Notes: a model not told the origin generated them from the letters alone. Counted from the first letter of the stretch, positions 46,858 through 57,690 are shown. The stretch is DNA of 64,000 nucleotides from Candidatus Levyibacteriota bacterium (GCA_052034235.1 JBPOIT010000008.1:79081-143080), one strand, 5' to 3'. A program made the numbers and translations.

Positions 46858-46956
46858 TTATAAAATTTAGTGAATTATAGCATTTAATTATTAATTTATT
46901 AGTAAATGATTTTCTCTCCTCTTTATTCCCACCCACAAATTTGCTATAGTAAACCC

Positions 46957-48711
46957 ATGAATAAAGAAGCTTATTTACAGGAAATTCGGCATTCTTCGGC
47001 GCATCTTTTGGCGGCGGCGGTTAAAACTCTTTGGCCGGGAGCTAAGAATGCTATTGGACCTGCTATTGAAAATGGATTTTATGAGGACTTTGACATGGGA
47101 GATGTGAAATTGTCTGAAGATGATTTGCCACGGATTGAAGAGAAGATGCGGGAGATTTTGAAAGGGTGGAGTGCTTTTGAAGTGAAGGAAGTATCTGCGG
47201 AGCAGGCAAGGCGCGATTTTGCTGATAATCCTTACAAACTCGAACTTATTGAAGAATTTGCAAAAGAAGGGAAGACCTTGACTGAGAATAATCCGGGGAA
47301 CTTCCTTGATCTTTGTAAAGGTGGACATTCACAGAGGCCTCAAGAAGATCTAAAACATTTCAAATTGCTTTCAATTGCTGGAGCATATTGGAGAGGGGAC
47401 GAGAAGAATAAGATGTTAACTCGTGTTTACGGGACGGCATTTGCCAAGAAAAGTGAACTCGATGCGCATCTTGAAATGATTGAAGAGGCAAAGCTGCGGG
47501 ATCATAAGAAATTGGGGAAAGAACTCGACTTGTTTGTGTTTTCTGAGACTGTGGGGAAAGGGTTGCCTCTTTGGACTCCGAAGGGATCGACTATTAGACG
47601 GGTGCTTGAGCGGTTTATTGTGGATGAAGAACTCGCACGGGGATATCTGCATGTCTACACACCTGATCTTGCCAATATCGCACTCTACGAGAAATCTGGA
47701 CATTATCCATACTACAAAGATTCTATGTATGCCCCAATTCAGATTGATGATGAGCAGTTTATGCTGCGGCCGATGACATGCCCACATCATTTTGAATTGT
47801 ATTTGAGCAAACCTCATAGCTACAAAGAATTGCCCATGAGATACGCTGAGCTTGCCAAACTGTACCGTTATGAACAATCAGGCGAGTTAGCAGGTTTACA
47901 GCGCGTACGCACGTTTACACTGGCAGACGCGCATATCATTGCACGTCGTGATCAGGCTGAAGAAGAAATAAACGGGGTTTTGGATCTGATCGAATTTATC
48001 GCTGATAAATTCCACCTCGAATTTGGAAAGGACTATCACTATCGCCTGAGCCTTGGAGACCGCTCTGACGAGAAAAAATACTTCAAAGATGACAAAGCAT
48101 GGGACGAGGCAGAAAATGCCCTCCGCACGGTTCTTACGGCGCGTAAAGCCCATTTCGTTGAGGCACCTGGAGAAGCAGCGTTCTACGGACCCAAAATCGA
48201 TGTCCAGATGAAAAACGTCAACGGCAAAGAAGATACAGCATTTACCGTGCAGTATGACTTCGTTATGCCAAAGCGATTTAAACTCTCCTATATCAACGAA
48301 AACGGAGAAGAAGAACAGCCAATTGTTATCCATCGTTCATCAATCGGCGCACTTGAGCGAGTGATGGCATTTCTCATCGAACACTTCGCTGGAGCGTTTC
48401 CATTGTGGCTTGCACCTGTTCAGGTGCTTCTTTTGCCAATTGCTGATCGGCATGCTGATTTTGCTCAAAAAGCTGCTGCTGAGCTCAGAAAAGCAGGAAT
48501 TAGAGCTGAAGCGGATGTCCGCTCAGAACGACTTCAAGCGAAGATACGTGACGCCACTTTACAAAAAGTACCTTTTATGGGTATAATAGGGGACAAAGAA
48601 ATTGAGAATTCCTCGATTTCAGTTCGTAAACGAGGCGGACAAGACTTAGGTCAAGTCGAAATAGCCACGTTTATGAAGGAATTACAAGAAGAAATTGATA
48701 AAAAAATCTAA
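46957..48711 (+). CDS. thrS: threonyl-tRNA synthetase (short form lacking N-terminal TGS domain)
   Basis: editing-domain HSSAHLLA near N-terminus, class II motifs and anticodon-binding domain; 584 aa from ATG 46957. Confidence 0.85.
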   Translation: MNKEAYLQEIRHSSAHLLAAAVKTLWPGAKNAIGPAIENGFYEDFDMGDVKLSEDDLPRIEEKMREILKGWSAFEVKEVSAEQARRDFADNPYKLELIEEFAKEGKTLTENNPGNFLDLCKGGHSQRPQEDLKHFKLLSIAGAYWRGDEKNKMLTRVYGTAFAKKSELDAHLEMIEEAKLRDHKKLGKELDLFVFSETVGKGLPLWTPKGSTIRRVLERFIVDEELARGYLHVYTPDLANIALYEKSGHYPYYKDSMYAPIQIDDEQFMLRPMTCPHHFELYLSKPHSYKELPMRYAELAKLYRYEQSGELAGLQRVRTFTLADAHIIARRDQAEEEINGVLDLIEFIADKFHLEFGKDYHYRLSLGDRSDEKKYFKDDKAWDEAENALRTVLTARKAHFVEAPGEAAFYGPKIDVQMKNVNGKEDTAFTVQYDFVMPKRFKLSYINENGEEEQPIVIHRSSIGALERVMAFLIEHFAGAFPLWLAPVQVLLLPIADRHADFAQKAAAELRKAGIRAEADVRSERLQAKIRDATLQKVPFMGIIGDKEIENSSISVRKRGGQDLGQVEIATFMKELQEEIDKKI

Positions 48712-49282
48712 ATTCAAACAGCAAGAAAAACGGTATAGACTCAACGAGCGGATCTTCGCGGCTACTTTGAGAGTCATAGATGCCGAAAGTAAGCAAATAG
48801 GTGTCCTGTCCAAAGACGAAGCACTGCGACTTGCTCGAGAACAGGAACTTGATTTGGTTGAAATCGCGCCAATGGCTAAACCGCCTGTCGCAAAGATTAT
48901 CGACTATAACAAATTCCAATATCAATTAGCGAAGAAGAAACAGGAAGAAAAGAAAAAAGCGAAAAGTTCCGAAACCAAGGAAATACGCCTTGGGCCTTTT
49001 ATGTCTGATAATGACTTACAAGTTATGATCAGAAGAGGACGAGAGTTTTTGGAAGACGGAGATAAAATCCGTTTGGTAGTTAAGTTTAGAGGACGACAAA
49101 TTACTCGTTCAGAATTTGGAAGACAAATTATTCAAAAAGTCGTAGCGGCATTGAGTGATATCTCCAAAGTCGATCGGGAACCAAAATTTGAAGGACGACA
49201 AATGGTCGCTCTTTTATCTGTTGAAAAGGGAAAGAAACACGAAGAAAGTGCCCCAGCAGAAAAGGAGCCAGCACAAGCTTGA
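48695..49282 (+). CDS. infC: translation initiation factor IF-3
   Basis: IRLNERIFA...VRVIDAE...DLVEIAP N-domain and KEIRLGP...GRQ C-domain; true start possibly non-canonical; overlaps thrS end. Confidence 0.8.
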   Translation: MIKKSKFKQQEKRYRLNERIFAATLRVIDAESKQIGVLSKDEALRLAREQELDLVEIAPMAKPPVAKIIDYNKFQYQLAKKKQEEKKKAKSSETKEIRLGPFMSDNDLQVMIRRGREFLEDGDKIRLVVKFRGRQITRSEFGRQIIQKVVAALSDISKVDREPKFEGRQMVALLSVEKGKKHEESAPAEKEPAQA

Positions 49283-49314
49283 TCAGGGATCAAAAGAAAG
49301 GATTATGATACGTT

Positions 49315-49524
49315 ATGGCAAAGGCAAAAGTAAAGAAGAAAATAAAAGGTTCAGTTTCAAAACGCTTTAAGGTCACCAAGACCGGCAAAGTGATGTTTGC
49401 GCATCAATACGGAAGTCACAAAAAACTGCACAAATCAAAATCACGTATCCGTCGCCAAAAAGAACCAGGACAATTGACAGGAGCATTCGCAAAGAAAATC
49501 AAACAGATTCTAGGCGCAGCCTAA
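49315..49524 (+). CDS. rpmI: 50S ribosomal protein L35
   Basis: 69 aa, very basic, [26 protein letters not shown] typical of L35. Confidence 0.8.
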   Translation: MAKAKVKKKIKGSVSKRFKVTKTGKVMFAHQYGSHKKLHKSKSRIRRQKEPGQLTGAFAKKIKQILGAA

Positions 49525-49531
49525 TAAAACT

Positions 49532-49882
49532 ATGAGTAGAATTAAACGAGGAATCGTATCACGAAGAAAACATAACAAACTGTTGGGACTTACCAAGGGT
49601 TATCGCGGCACAAAGAGTAAACTCGTCAAAGTCGCAAAAGAAGCATACCTGCATGCAGGACAATATGCTTATGAAGGCCGCAAAGACAGAAAGCATGATT
49701 TCCGCACACTTTGGATTGTGAGAATCAGTGAAGCAATCAAACTCGAAGGCATGAACTACAGTGTGTTCATCAACAAACTGAAGAAATCAAACATCGAACT
49801 CGACAGAAAGATCCTCAGCGACCTCATCGTCAACGACCCAGCCGCATTCAAACGCGTAGTTGACACCGTCAAAACCGTATAG
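49532..49882 (+). CDS. rplT: 50S ribosomal protein L20
   Basis: [26 protein letters not shown] typical L20 N-terminus; 116 aa. Confidence 0.85.
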   Translation: MSRIKRGIVSRRKHNKLLGLTKGYRGTKSKLVKVAKEAYLHAGQYAYEGRKDRKHDFRTLWIVRISEAIKLEGMNYSVFINKLKKSNIELDRKILSDLIVNDPAAFKRVVDTVKTV

Positions 49883-49899
49883 TAGGATAAAACAGTACT

Positions 49900-49971
49900 A
49901 TGAATTTCTCAGCAAACAACTATTTTTGGTTTTACTTTACTCCCTCCAAGGGGGGTTCGCTCGTGGCATAA
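49900..49971 (+). CDS. aromatic-residue leader peptide MNFSANNYFWFYFTPSKGGSLVA (23 aa)
   Basis: six consecutive aromatic codons Y-F-W-F-Y-F; AGGA 12 nt upstream; followed by alternative hairpins and intrinsic terminator; occupies the position of pheM downstream of rplT. Confidence 0.55.
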   Translation: MNFSANNYFWFYFTPSKGGSLVA

Positions 49972-50003
49972 ACCCCACTAGCAAAGGTAAAACCTTAAGA
50001 ACA

Positions 50004-50026
50004 CCCCCAACTAAGGGGGTTTTTTT
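50004..50026 (+). terminator. intrinsic terminator of aromatic attenuator (ccccc-aactaa-ggggg + T7)
   Basis: acacccccaactaagggggttttttt; upstream G6 run (49950-49955) can alternatively pair with the C5 arm. Confidence 0.65.
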
Positions 50027-50067
50027 GTGGACAAACGCGAAAAATGTTTTTTTCGCCAGGAGCTTAT

Positions 50068-51012
50068 ATGAAAATTTTAGGCATAGGTGAATCAGTTATA
50101 GATAATGTGTACCAAATTGATGGAGAAGCTCCAAAACATTTTGATGGAAAAGATTTACATTCCACCAAACATGTCGGTGGACCAGTTCTGACTGCCATGA
50201 TTGTGTTGGCAAGACTCGGAGTTCCATGCACCTACATGACATCAGTTGGACGTGACGAAGACGCTGAACTCATCGAGCGGGTACTCAAACATGAAAATGT
50301 CCGCTTACTCCCGAAATACCAGCAAAAAACAAAAGTGAATACCATCGTCATAAATAAACAAACAGGGCAACGGGAAAAGCTGAGAGGACCCATCAAACAC
50401 TCCTCGATAAAAGACCTCAGCCGCAACTTCCTCCACCAATTTGACCTCATCATCATCGACCGACACGAACAACAAGCCTTTTACGAAATCATCAAAAAGA
50501 AAAAAGCCACAACAAAAATCATTATCGATCCGTCAACAGAAATCTCAAAATTCACACTCGATATGATCAAATACGCTGAGTATCCAATTATCCCAATCGA
50601 AGCAGTGACACCAACATTTACCGGCTCACTTGAAAAAATCGACCATGTCCTTAAGAGACTCTATGAATGGACCAAAAAACCACTTGTCATCACAGCTGGA
50701 AACCTGGGGAGTTTTATTTTCAACGGACAATCGGCTGAACTTTTGCAGCCGCTTCCTGTTAAAGCGCTTGATACAACAGGAGCGGGAGATATTTATCGGG
50801 GTGCTTTTGCCTACGGCCTCACACAAAACTGGGATCTGAAAAAAACAGCCAGATTCAGCAACATCGTTGCAGCACTGCAATGTACCAGAATAGGCAACGC
50901 AGCAGCTATTCCTTCAAAAAAAGAAATCATGAAATATCATGACACACTCATTGAAGGAAAAGCTTTAACCTCTTGTACGCTAAACAATATTTATTTACAA
51001 TTACAAAGTTAA
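50068..51012 (+). CDS. PfkB-family carbohydrate/nucleoside kinase
   Basis: C-terminal DTTGAGDIYRGAFAYG (PfkB signature 2); ATG 50068 (MKILGIG) chosen. Confidence 0.6.
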   Translation: MKILGIGESVIDNVYQIDGEAPKHFDGKDLHSTKHVGGPVLTAMIVLARLGVPCTYMTSVGRDEDAELIERVLKHENVRLLPKYQQKTKVNTIVINKQTGQREKLRGPIKHSSIKDLSRNFLHQFDLIIIDRHEQQAFYEIIKKKKATTKIIIDPSTEISKFTLDMIKYAEYPIIPIEAVTPTFTGSLEKIDHVLKRLYEWTKKPLVITAGNLGSFIFNGQSAELLQPLPVKALDTTGAGDIYRGAFAYGLTQNWDLKKTARFSNIVAALQCTRIGNAAAIPSKKEIMKYHDTLIEGKALTSCTLNNIYLQLQS

Positions 51013-51014
51013 CA

Positions 51015-51947
51015 ATGAAACAATACGATTTAGAATTATTCGCCGGACCTTGTTCAATTACTCCTGAAAATACTGAGGAAGTAATAAGTGAAACAGCAAA
51101 CATAACCACACCCGACGGTACGCGTGCAATTTATGGCACGCGCGTTGTCGGTTTAAAATCCCGAACAGCACTTGATTTCAACGGTGACGGCATGGGGCTT
51201 GATTCACAAATCATGCAAAAAGTGATTACCCACAATGATCCTGATCCTAAAAAATATGAAATCCCCAGTGTCCAGTTGGCCGAGAAAATCGCAAAAGCAA
51301 CCGGCATGGTCATTTCAACTGAAATAATGTTGCCACATCTACAGCTGCCGTTTTGGGCAGCCAAAAAAGCACTCCGCGGCAACGTAATGATTTGGAATCC
51401 AGCAGTTGAACAGCTGGGATGGAATCTGTTGGAACTTGCTGCATTTGCCAGGGAAAACGATTGGAATGTCGGCATCAAACACGGCAAATTCCTCGGCAAA
51501 GATCCGCTCGAAGTTGCCAATCATCCAGATTACAAAGGTGAAACAACACTCGAGAAGGTTTTAATTGGTTTGACAACGTATGTGGGTAAGATTGATGGAG
51601 ATTTGGTCATCATTCACCGCGGTGTTGATGTGCCTGGACGCGGCGATTATCGAAACGCCACAATCCATCACATCATGGCACGTATCAAGCATAACATCCC
51701 ACACGGCAAAATCTTTTTTGACCCTACACACACCATCGGCCCGGTCATGCGCCACACCATTGTTGATGAAATTATTAAAGCTGCCAAACTCAAAGTAGGC
51801 GACGAATTTCTCTATGACGGCTTTCTGATGGAAGCTGGAAGTTCGTCACCTGTTGATATGGGAGAACACCTGACACTTGATGAACTCAGAGATGTGGTCA
51901 CAACACTGAGCGAGTTTAGAAAAATAAGGCCGCCAAAAAATTCATGA
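51015..51947 (+). CDS. aroF: 3-deoxy-7-phosphoheptulonate (DAHP) synthase, type I-beta (KDO8PS-like fold)
   Basis: FAGPCSI, IHRGVD and DPTHTIG motifs match DAHPS I-beta/KDO8PS family; operon context favours DAHPS. Confidence 0.6.
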   Translation: MKQYDLELFAGPCSITPENTEEVISETANITTPDGTRAIYGTRVVGLKSRTALDFNGDGMGLDSQIMQKVITHNDPDPKKYEIPSVQLAEKIAKATGMVISTEIMLPHLQLPFWAAKKALRGNVMIWNPAVEQLGWNLLELAAFARENDWNVGIKHGKFLGKDPLEVANHPDYKGETTLEKVLIGLTTYVGKIDGDLVIIHRGVDVPGRGDYRNATIHHIMARIKHNIPHGKIFFDPTHTIGPVMRHTIVDEIIKAAKLKVGDEFLYDGFLMEAGSSSPVDMGEHLTLDELRDVVTTLSEFRKIRPPKNS

Positions 51948-53029
51948 AGACAATTACCGTTACCGCTGAAGAAAAACCGAAAAAACCATACAACATCATT
52001 ATTGGATCCCATCTTCTCCAAAAGCTTGAGAGTATCGTTGATCTGAAGGAGTATTCACACATCGCAATCATAACTGATTCCAATGTCGCGAAGTATCATT
52101 TGGAAACGCTGCGATCACACTTCAAACAGCCCGTCAAAACAATCATTATCCCGCCAGGTGAAAAAGAAAAAACGATCCACTCTGTTGAGATTATTTGGAA
52201 AGAACTTGCTGAAGCTGGTTTTGACCGAAAATCACTTGTTATCAATTTGGGCGGCGGTGTGATTGGGGATATGGGAGGATTTGCAGCAGACACCTACATG
52301 CGAGGAATTGCTTTTATAAACATCCCGACAACTATTCTCGCACAAGTTGACGAAAGCGTGGGCGGCAAAACAGGAATCGATTTTCTGGGCATTAAAAACA
52401 TCATTGGCACATTTCAACAACCTAAAGCAGTAATTATCGATATGGCAACAGTCGCAACGTTGCCCAACAGAGAATTCACCTCAGGTTTTGCAGAAATTAT
52501 CAAACATGGCCTGATCGCTGATAAAACCTATTTTGAAAAAGTCACAGCCAAAAAGCCCCGAGACTTTTCTGAAGAAGAACTCGTTGCTATCATTACCGGA
52601 TCTTGTGAAATAAAACAAAAATATGTAGAAAGCGACACGCATGAGAAAGGCTTAAGGCGGGAACTAAATTTCGGCCACACCATCGGGCATGCAATCGAAT
52701 CACTTAGCCTCCAAACAGATGTGCCATTGCTGCATGGAGAAGCGGTGAGTATTGGTATCGCTGCTGAGGCAAAACTTTCTCAGCTGAAAGGTTATCTTTC
52801 TGAAGACGACGTCCTGACTATTCGCAGAGTTTATGAACATGCTGGTTTACCAACGAGGATCAAACTTTTGGAGACAGAGAATATTATCAATAAAATGAAA
52901 AGTGACAAAAAATCAATTGCTGGCGAAATAAAATGGACACTACTCAAACACATTGGCAAAGCAACGCACGATGAAGAAGTATCAGAATCTCAGATACGCG
53001 AAGCACTCGATTTTATTTTGCATGAATAA
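51944..53029 (+). CDS. aroB: 3-dehydroquinate synthase
   Basis: NAD-binding GGGVIGDMGGFAA and metal-binding His motifs; 361 aa. Confidence 0.85.
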   Translation: MKTITVTAEEKPKKPYNIIIGSHLLQKLESIVDLKEYSHIAIITDSNVAKYHLETLRSHFKQPVKTIIIPPGEKEKTIHSVEIIWKELAEAGFDRKSLVINLGGGVIGDMGGFAADTYMRGIAFINIPTTILAQVDESVGGKTGIDFLGIKNIIGTFQQPKAVIIDMATVATLPNREFTSGFAEIIKHGLIADKTYFEKVTAKKPRDFSEEELVAIITGSCEIKQKYVESDTHEKGLRRELNFGHTIGHAIESLSLQTDVPLLHGEAVSIGIAAEAKLSQLKGYLSEDDVLTIRRVYEHAGLPTRIKLLETENIINKMKSDKKSIAGEIKWTLLKHIGKATHDEEVSESQIREALDFILHE

Positions 53030-54308
53030 ATTGCAACTTGTACCGCTTGAAGAACCTGTCACTGCTGAAGTCGCATTACCCGGCTCACTTAGTTATACAA
53101 TCCGCGCACTTGCGCTTGCTGCAATGACCAAAGGCATTGTGCATATAAACCACCCGCTTAAAAGCGATGACACATATGCCATGCTCGCATCCCTCCAAAC
53201 ACTAGGCATCAAATGTGAGGAAGAAGAAGACGCTTTTGTTGTTTTTGGCGACCTTTCGGATGTGATTGATCAGGAGTACACAATCAATATCAGATTATCA
53301 GGAAGAGCTGCGAGAACTCTTCTGGGGATACTTTGCATTGTACCAGGAACAAAAACCTTAACCTGCAGCGATCCATTTAAAAAACGTCCTATGAAGGATC
53401 TGGTTGAGGGACTGAGACAATTAGGCGCCAAAATCGAATATCTAGAAGACGATGGTCATTTGCCCGTCAAAATTACCTCATCCAAACTCCAAACAGGTCA
53501 CGTCTCAATGGAAGGAACGATGAGCAGTCAATATTTCTCAACACTTATGATGATTGCACCGATGATTGGTGAAGTCTCAATTGATGTTTTGGGCGAACAA
53601 GCCTCAAAACCATTTATCGACATCACTATCGAGGCAATGCAGCGTTTTGGAATTACTGTCTTTAACAACAATTATCAGTCATACAAAATCCCAGCAGGTC
53701 AAACATATACAGCCAAAACGTACACTGTCGAAGCTGATGCAACCGCTGCAAGTTATTTCTGGGGTATAGCAGCTGTGACGGGAAGTACCATAACCGTTAA
53801 AAACGTTTCACCCGAATCCAAACAAGGAGACGTAAAATTTGTAGAAATACTCGAAAAAATGGGCTGCACCATAACTGCAGACGAATCAGGAATAACCGTA
53901 CAAGGTAACGAACCGTTGGTTGGCGTTACAGTTGATATGAATCATCTGCCTGACGTTGTGCCAACGCTTGCAGTCGTCGCATCATTTGCAAAAGGTACAA
54001 CCACAATCACCGGACTTGGACATCTCAAAGGAAAAGAATCAGACCGAATTGAAGCACCAAAAGAAGAACTTACCAAATTAGGCGTCACCATTTCTTCTAC
54101 CGAAAATTCACTGACCATCCAAGAGTCAACACCCGGTAGCGCTGAAGTGCAAACACACGGCGATCATCGAATAGCCATGTCTTTGGCAATTGTCGGCGCA
54201 AAAATTCCAGGACTTGTCATACATAATCCCGAAGTTGTCAGTAAGTCATTTCCTGAATTTTGGGGTACAATAGAAGAGTTGGGAATAAAAACAAAGGAAA
54301 TCGTATGA
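53022..54308 (+). CDS. aroA: 3-phosphoshikimate 1-carboxyvinyltransferase (EPSP synthase)
   Basis: EPSPS family length and LPGSLSYTIRALALAAM, conserved KESDRI region; ATG 53022 overlaps aroB stop. Confidence 0.85.
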   Translation: MNKLQLVPLEEPVTAEVALPGSLSYTIRALALAAMTKGIVHINHPLKSDDTYAMLASLQTLGIKCEEEEDAFVVFGDLSDVIDQEYTINIRLSGRAARTLLGILCIVPGTKTLTCSDPFKKRPMKDLVEGLRQLGAKIEYLEDDGHLPVKITSSKLQTGHVSMEGTMSSQYFSTLMMIAPMIGEVSIDVLGEQASKPFIDITIEAMQRFGITVFNNNYQSYKIPAGQTYTAKTYTVEADATAASYFWGIAAVTGSTITVKNVSPESKQGDVKFVEILEKMGCTITADESGITVQGNEPLVGVTVDMNHLPDVVPTLAVVASFAKGTTTITGLGHLKGKESDRIEAPKEELTKLGVTISSTENSLTIQESTPGSAEVQTHGDHRIAMSLAIVGAKIPGLVIHNPEVVSKSFPEFWGTIEELGIKTKEIV

Positions 54309-54805
54309 ATATAATTCTAATCGGCTTCATGGGAGCCGGAAAAACAACTATCGCTAAAAAACTTGCTGCTGAACTCGATTTCAAATATATCGACATGGAT
54401 ACGGTTATTGTTGAGAAATCAGGCAGAAAATCTGACAGAGAGATCTTTGAGAAAGACGGAGAAATCGCGTTTCGCGAATTTGAAATTCTTGTTGCCAACG
54501 AGCTTAAAGACGAACAAAATCATGTTATCTCAACAGGAGGCGGTATTGTCATGAACCAGGTAAGTATCGCTTATCTCAAAAAAAATGGGGTCGTGGTCTT
54601 TTTACAGACTGGCTTTGAAACAGCAAAAAGCCGCGTCCACCAGGACGAACCGCCACCACTTTTTAAAGACAAAGAAAAAGCAAAAGAGCTCTACGACTTG
54701 CGCCAGCCACTGTATCACTTTTACGCAGATGTCATTGTTGAAACCGACGACAAAAATCCAAATGAAGTAGCGCAAGAAGTTATACAAAAGATCAAACATT
54801 TATGA
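54305..54805 (+). CDS. aroK: shikimate kinase
   Basis: MNIILIGFMGAGKTT Walker A at N-terminus; 166 aa; ATGA overlap with aroA. Confidence 0.8.
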   Translation: MNIILIGFMGAGKTTIAKKLAAELDFKYIDMDTVIVEKSGRKSDREIFEKDGEIAFREFEILVANELKDEQNHVISTGGGIVMNQVSIAYLKKNGVVVFLQTGFETAKSRVHQDEPPPLFKDKEKAKELYDLRQPLYHFYADVIVETDDKNPNEVAQEVIQKIKHL

Positions 54806-55632
54806 ACATCACAGCACAAACTAAAATTTGTATGGTAATAGGTGACCCCGTCGGCCATTCACTCGGTCCGCAAATGTATAATCCCGCATACAAAGCACTT
54901 GGCATCGATAACGAATACGTGTACGTCGGCTGCAATGTGAAAGTTGAGGAACTTGAAGATTTTTTCAAAGGCGTCAGGGCAATGCATATACGAGGCATCA
55001 GCTGCACTGTGCCGCATAAAGAACATGTGAGAAAATTTCTTGATGTCATCGATGAAACCGCACAAAAAATCGGCGCCGTTAACACAATAGTAAACGAAAA
55101 TGGTGTCTTACACGGCTATAACACTGATTGGCTGGGTGTTGTCACACCGCTTGAGAAAATCACCTCACTTGAAAATAAAACCGTTGCCCTGCTTGGCACA
55201 GGCGGCGCAGCAAAAGCGGTTGCATACGGCGTAACAAAACTGGGCGGACAACTCGCAGTGTTTGGCAGAACCTTTGAAAAAGCGGAAGCACTTGTTGATA
55301 CGTTTGGAGGAGATGCATATTCATTTGAGGCGCTTGAAAAAGTGAGTGACATGGATATTATTTTTAACGCCACACCCGTTGGGCTTCATCCACATGTAAA
55401 CGAAACGCCGCTGCCAAAAGAATATATAAAGAGTCATCATATTGTCTTTGACGCGGTCTATGCGCCTCATAAAACAAAATTCCTGAGCGATGCTGAGAAA
55501 CAAGGTGCTACAATAATCTATGGTACAGAGATGTTGCTCTACCAGGGAATGGAGCAGTTTAAACTCTATACAGGACACGATGCACCAGAAGATGTGCTGA
55601 GGACTATTTTAAAGGAGCACGAAAACGTATGA
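54802..55632 (+). CDS. aroE: shikimate 5-dehydrogenase
   Basis: GDPVGHSLGPQMYN (substrate-binding) and GTGGAAKAV Rossmann motif; 276 aa. Confidence 0.8.
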   Translation: MNITAQTKICMVIGDPVGHSLGPQMYNPAYKALGIDNEYVYVGCNVKVEELEDFFKGVRAMHIRGISCTVPHKEHVRKFLDVIDETAQKIGAVNTIVNENGVLHGYNTDWLGVVTPLEKITSLENKTVALLGTGGAAKAVAYGVTKLGGQLAVFGRTFEKAEALVDTFGGDAYSFEALEKVSDMDIIFNATPVGLHPHVNETPLPKEYIKSHHIVFDAVYAPHKTKFLSDAEKQGATIIYGTEMLLYQGMEQFKLYTGHDAPEDVLRTILKEHENV

Positions 55633-56321
55633 CACATAATTACTGTTTACCGATTATAAAAAGAACAAAAGCTGAGGTGCTTGAAAAAATAACGCTGGCT
55701 CATGACTATCATTATTTTGAAGTCTGGCTTGATTATATTGAAGATTTGGATTTTGATTTTGTTCACGAACTGCTTACCTACAAAGACAGAATCATTTTTG
55801 TTTTGAGAAGACAGCATTTAGAAACGCCTACGATGGAAACACAGCGCCGCTTGTCGATTATTTCCGCAATCAGCAAATCAGAATGCATGCTCGATTTGGA
55901 TGTCATCACCCAGCAGGAAGAACTGTCTTATATCCAGAACAATAACTTAGAAATTCCTTTGATAACGTCCTATCACGATTATCAATCAACACCAGAAGAA
56001 AAAAAGCTGATTGAAGTTATGTCGATTATGATGAACTACAAACCAGCCATTATAAAAATTGCAACGAAATGTAATAAACCAGAAGACGGCCTTCGACTGC
56101 TTGATTTGCTGTTGAGTTTGAAAAAGGAAAAGAAAAAGTACATTATTTTGGGAATGGGGGAGTATGGTACAATTACGAGGCTATACGGAGCACTTTGGGG
56201 CAACGAATTTATCTTTGCACCAGAAAAAAAGGAAGAAGCATCAGCACCAGGGCAACTGACAAGAGAAGAGATGCAGACTGTTCTTGCTATTTTAAATGAG
56301 AGTGAAACAAAATCAGACTAA
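55629..56321 (+). CDS. aroD: 3-dehydroquinate dehydratase, type I (tentative)
   Basis: 230 aa; YFEVWLD resembles the type I DHQase ExRxD motif; only missing step of pathway in the operon. Confidence 0.5.
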   Translation: MTHNYCLPIIKRTKAEVLEKITLAHDYHYFEVWLDYIEDLDFDFVHELLTYKDRIIFVLRRQHLETPTMETQRRLSIISAISKSECMLDLDVITQQEELSYIQNNNLEIPLITSYHDYQSTPEEKKLIEVMSIMMNYKPAIIKIATKCNKPEDGLRLLDLLLSLKKEKKKYIILGMGEYGTITRLYGALWGNEFIFAPEKKEEASAPGQLTREEMQTVLAILNESETKSD

Positions 56322-56333
56322 TTAATAAGCATT

Positions 56334-57419
56334 ATGGCTGGAAATACATTTGGACATTTATTTAGAGTTACAACCTTTGGAGAGTCGCATGGCGGCGCGG
56401 TTGGTTGTGTCATAGACGGCTGCCCGCCAAACATTGAAATAACTGCAGAAGAAATCCAAAAGGAACTCGATCGACGAAAACCTGGCCAAAGTGCCATTAC
56501 CACTCCACGCAAAGAACAGGACATCATCCATATTTTATCAGGCGTTTTTGAAGGGAAAACAACCGGCACACCAATCCTCATGCTTGCCCACAATACTGAT
56601 ACGAGACCTGAAGATTACGGAAACTTAATTGAACTCTATAGACCAGGACATGCAGATTTTACGTACGAAGCAAAATATGGCATCAGGAATTGGAAAGGCA
56701 GCGGACGCGCATCAGCCAGAGAAACACTTGCCCGCGTCGCTTCAGGAGCACTTGCCAAAAAATATTTGAAAGAAAAACTCGGTGTTGAGGTTTTGAGTTA
56801 TGTCGAAAGTGTCGGCGATATTAAAACCACTGTTGATTTTAACGAGGTCACTATGGATCAGATTGAAAGTAATATTATCCGATGTCCAGATGGAAAAATC
56901 GCTGAGAAAATGATCAAACTCGTTGAAGAAGTGCGAGATGACGGCGATTCTATTGGTGGAGTTATACGAGGCGTTATCAAACATGTTCCTGCAGGTTTGG
57001 GTGAGCCTGTTTTTGATAAGATTCCTTCAGAGCTCGGTAAAGCCATGATGAGTATCAATGCCGTGAAAGGTTTTGAAATTGGATCAGGTTTTGAAGGAAC
57101 AACGATGCGTGGCAGTCAGCATAACGACGAGTTTTTTGTCGATGAGAATCAGACAATCCAAACAAAAACCAATCATGCAGGCGGTACATTGGGAGGAATC
57201 TCAACTGGTCAGACAATCCATTTTCGTGTCGCATTCAAACCAGTCTCAACGATAAGTAAAAAACAAAAAACGGTAAATAAGCAAAAAGAAGAGATCGCTA
57301 TGGAAGCAAGCGGCAGACATGATCCTTGTGTTTTACCACGAGCAGTTCCGATAGTTGACGCCATGAGTGCTCTTGTTATAATGGATCAATATTTAAGGCA
57401 TAAAGCACAAAATCAATAA
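56334..57419 (+). CDS. aroC: chorismate synthase
   Basis: [21 protein letters not shown]-terminus and conserved chorismate synthase signatures; 361 aa. Confidence 0.85.
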   Translation: MAGNTFGHLFRVTTFGESHGGAVGCVIDGCPPNIEITAEEIQKELDRRKPGQSAITTPRKEQDIIHILSGVFEGKTTGTPILMLAHNTDTRPEDYGNLIELYRPGHADFTYEAKYGIRNWKGSGRASARETLARVASGALAKKYLKEKLGVEVLSYVESVGDIKTTVDFNEVTMDQIESNIIRCPDGKIAEKMIKLVEEVRDDGDSIGGVIRGVIKHVPAGLGEPVFDKIPSELGKAMMSINAVKGFEIGSGFEGTTMRGSQHNDEFFVDENQTIQTKTNHAGGTLGGISTGQTIHFRVAFKPVSTISKKQKTVNKQKEEIAMEASGRHDPCVLPRAVPIVDAMSALVIMDQYLRHKAQNQ

Positions 57420-57420
57420 T

Positions 57421-57690
57421 ATGAGCCATGACTTAAACAAACTGCGAGAGAAAATTGATACCATTGACGATGAAATCGTTGGTTTGTTATCAAAGCGCAT
57501 GGAAATTGTTGAGAAAGTAGGACAGTACAAAAAAGAAATGCAGCTGCCGCCGCTTGATAAAAAGCGCCTTGAAGAAGTGCTGCATACAAAAAAGAACAAA
57601 GCCAAAATTTTGGGCATTTCTGAGTCATTGGTTGAAAAATTATTTAAGGTAATTCACGACCATTCAGTAAAATTACAAAAAAAAGTATGA
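57421..57690 (+). CDS. chorismate mutase (AroQ class, monofunctional)
   Basis: LNKLREKIDTIDDEIVGLLSKRMEIV typical AroQ helix; 89 aa. Confidence 0.7.
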   Translation: MSHDLNKLREKIDTIDDEIVGLLSKRMEIVEKVGQYKKEMQLPPLDKKRLEEVLHTKKNKAKILGISESLVEKLFKVIHDHSVKLQKKV

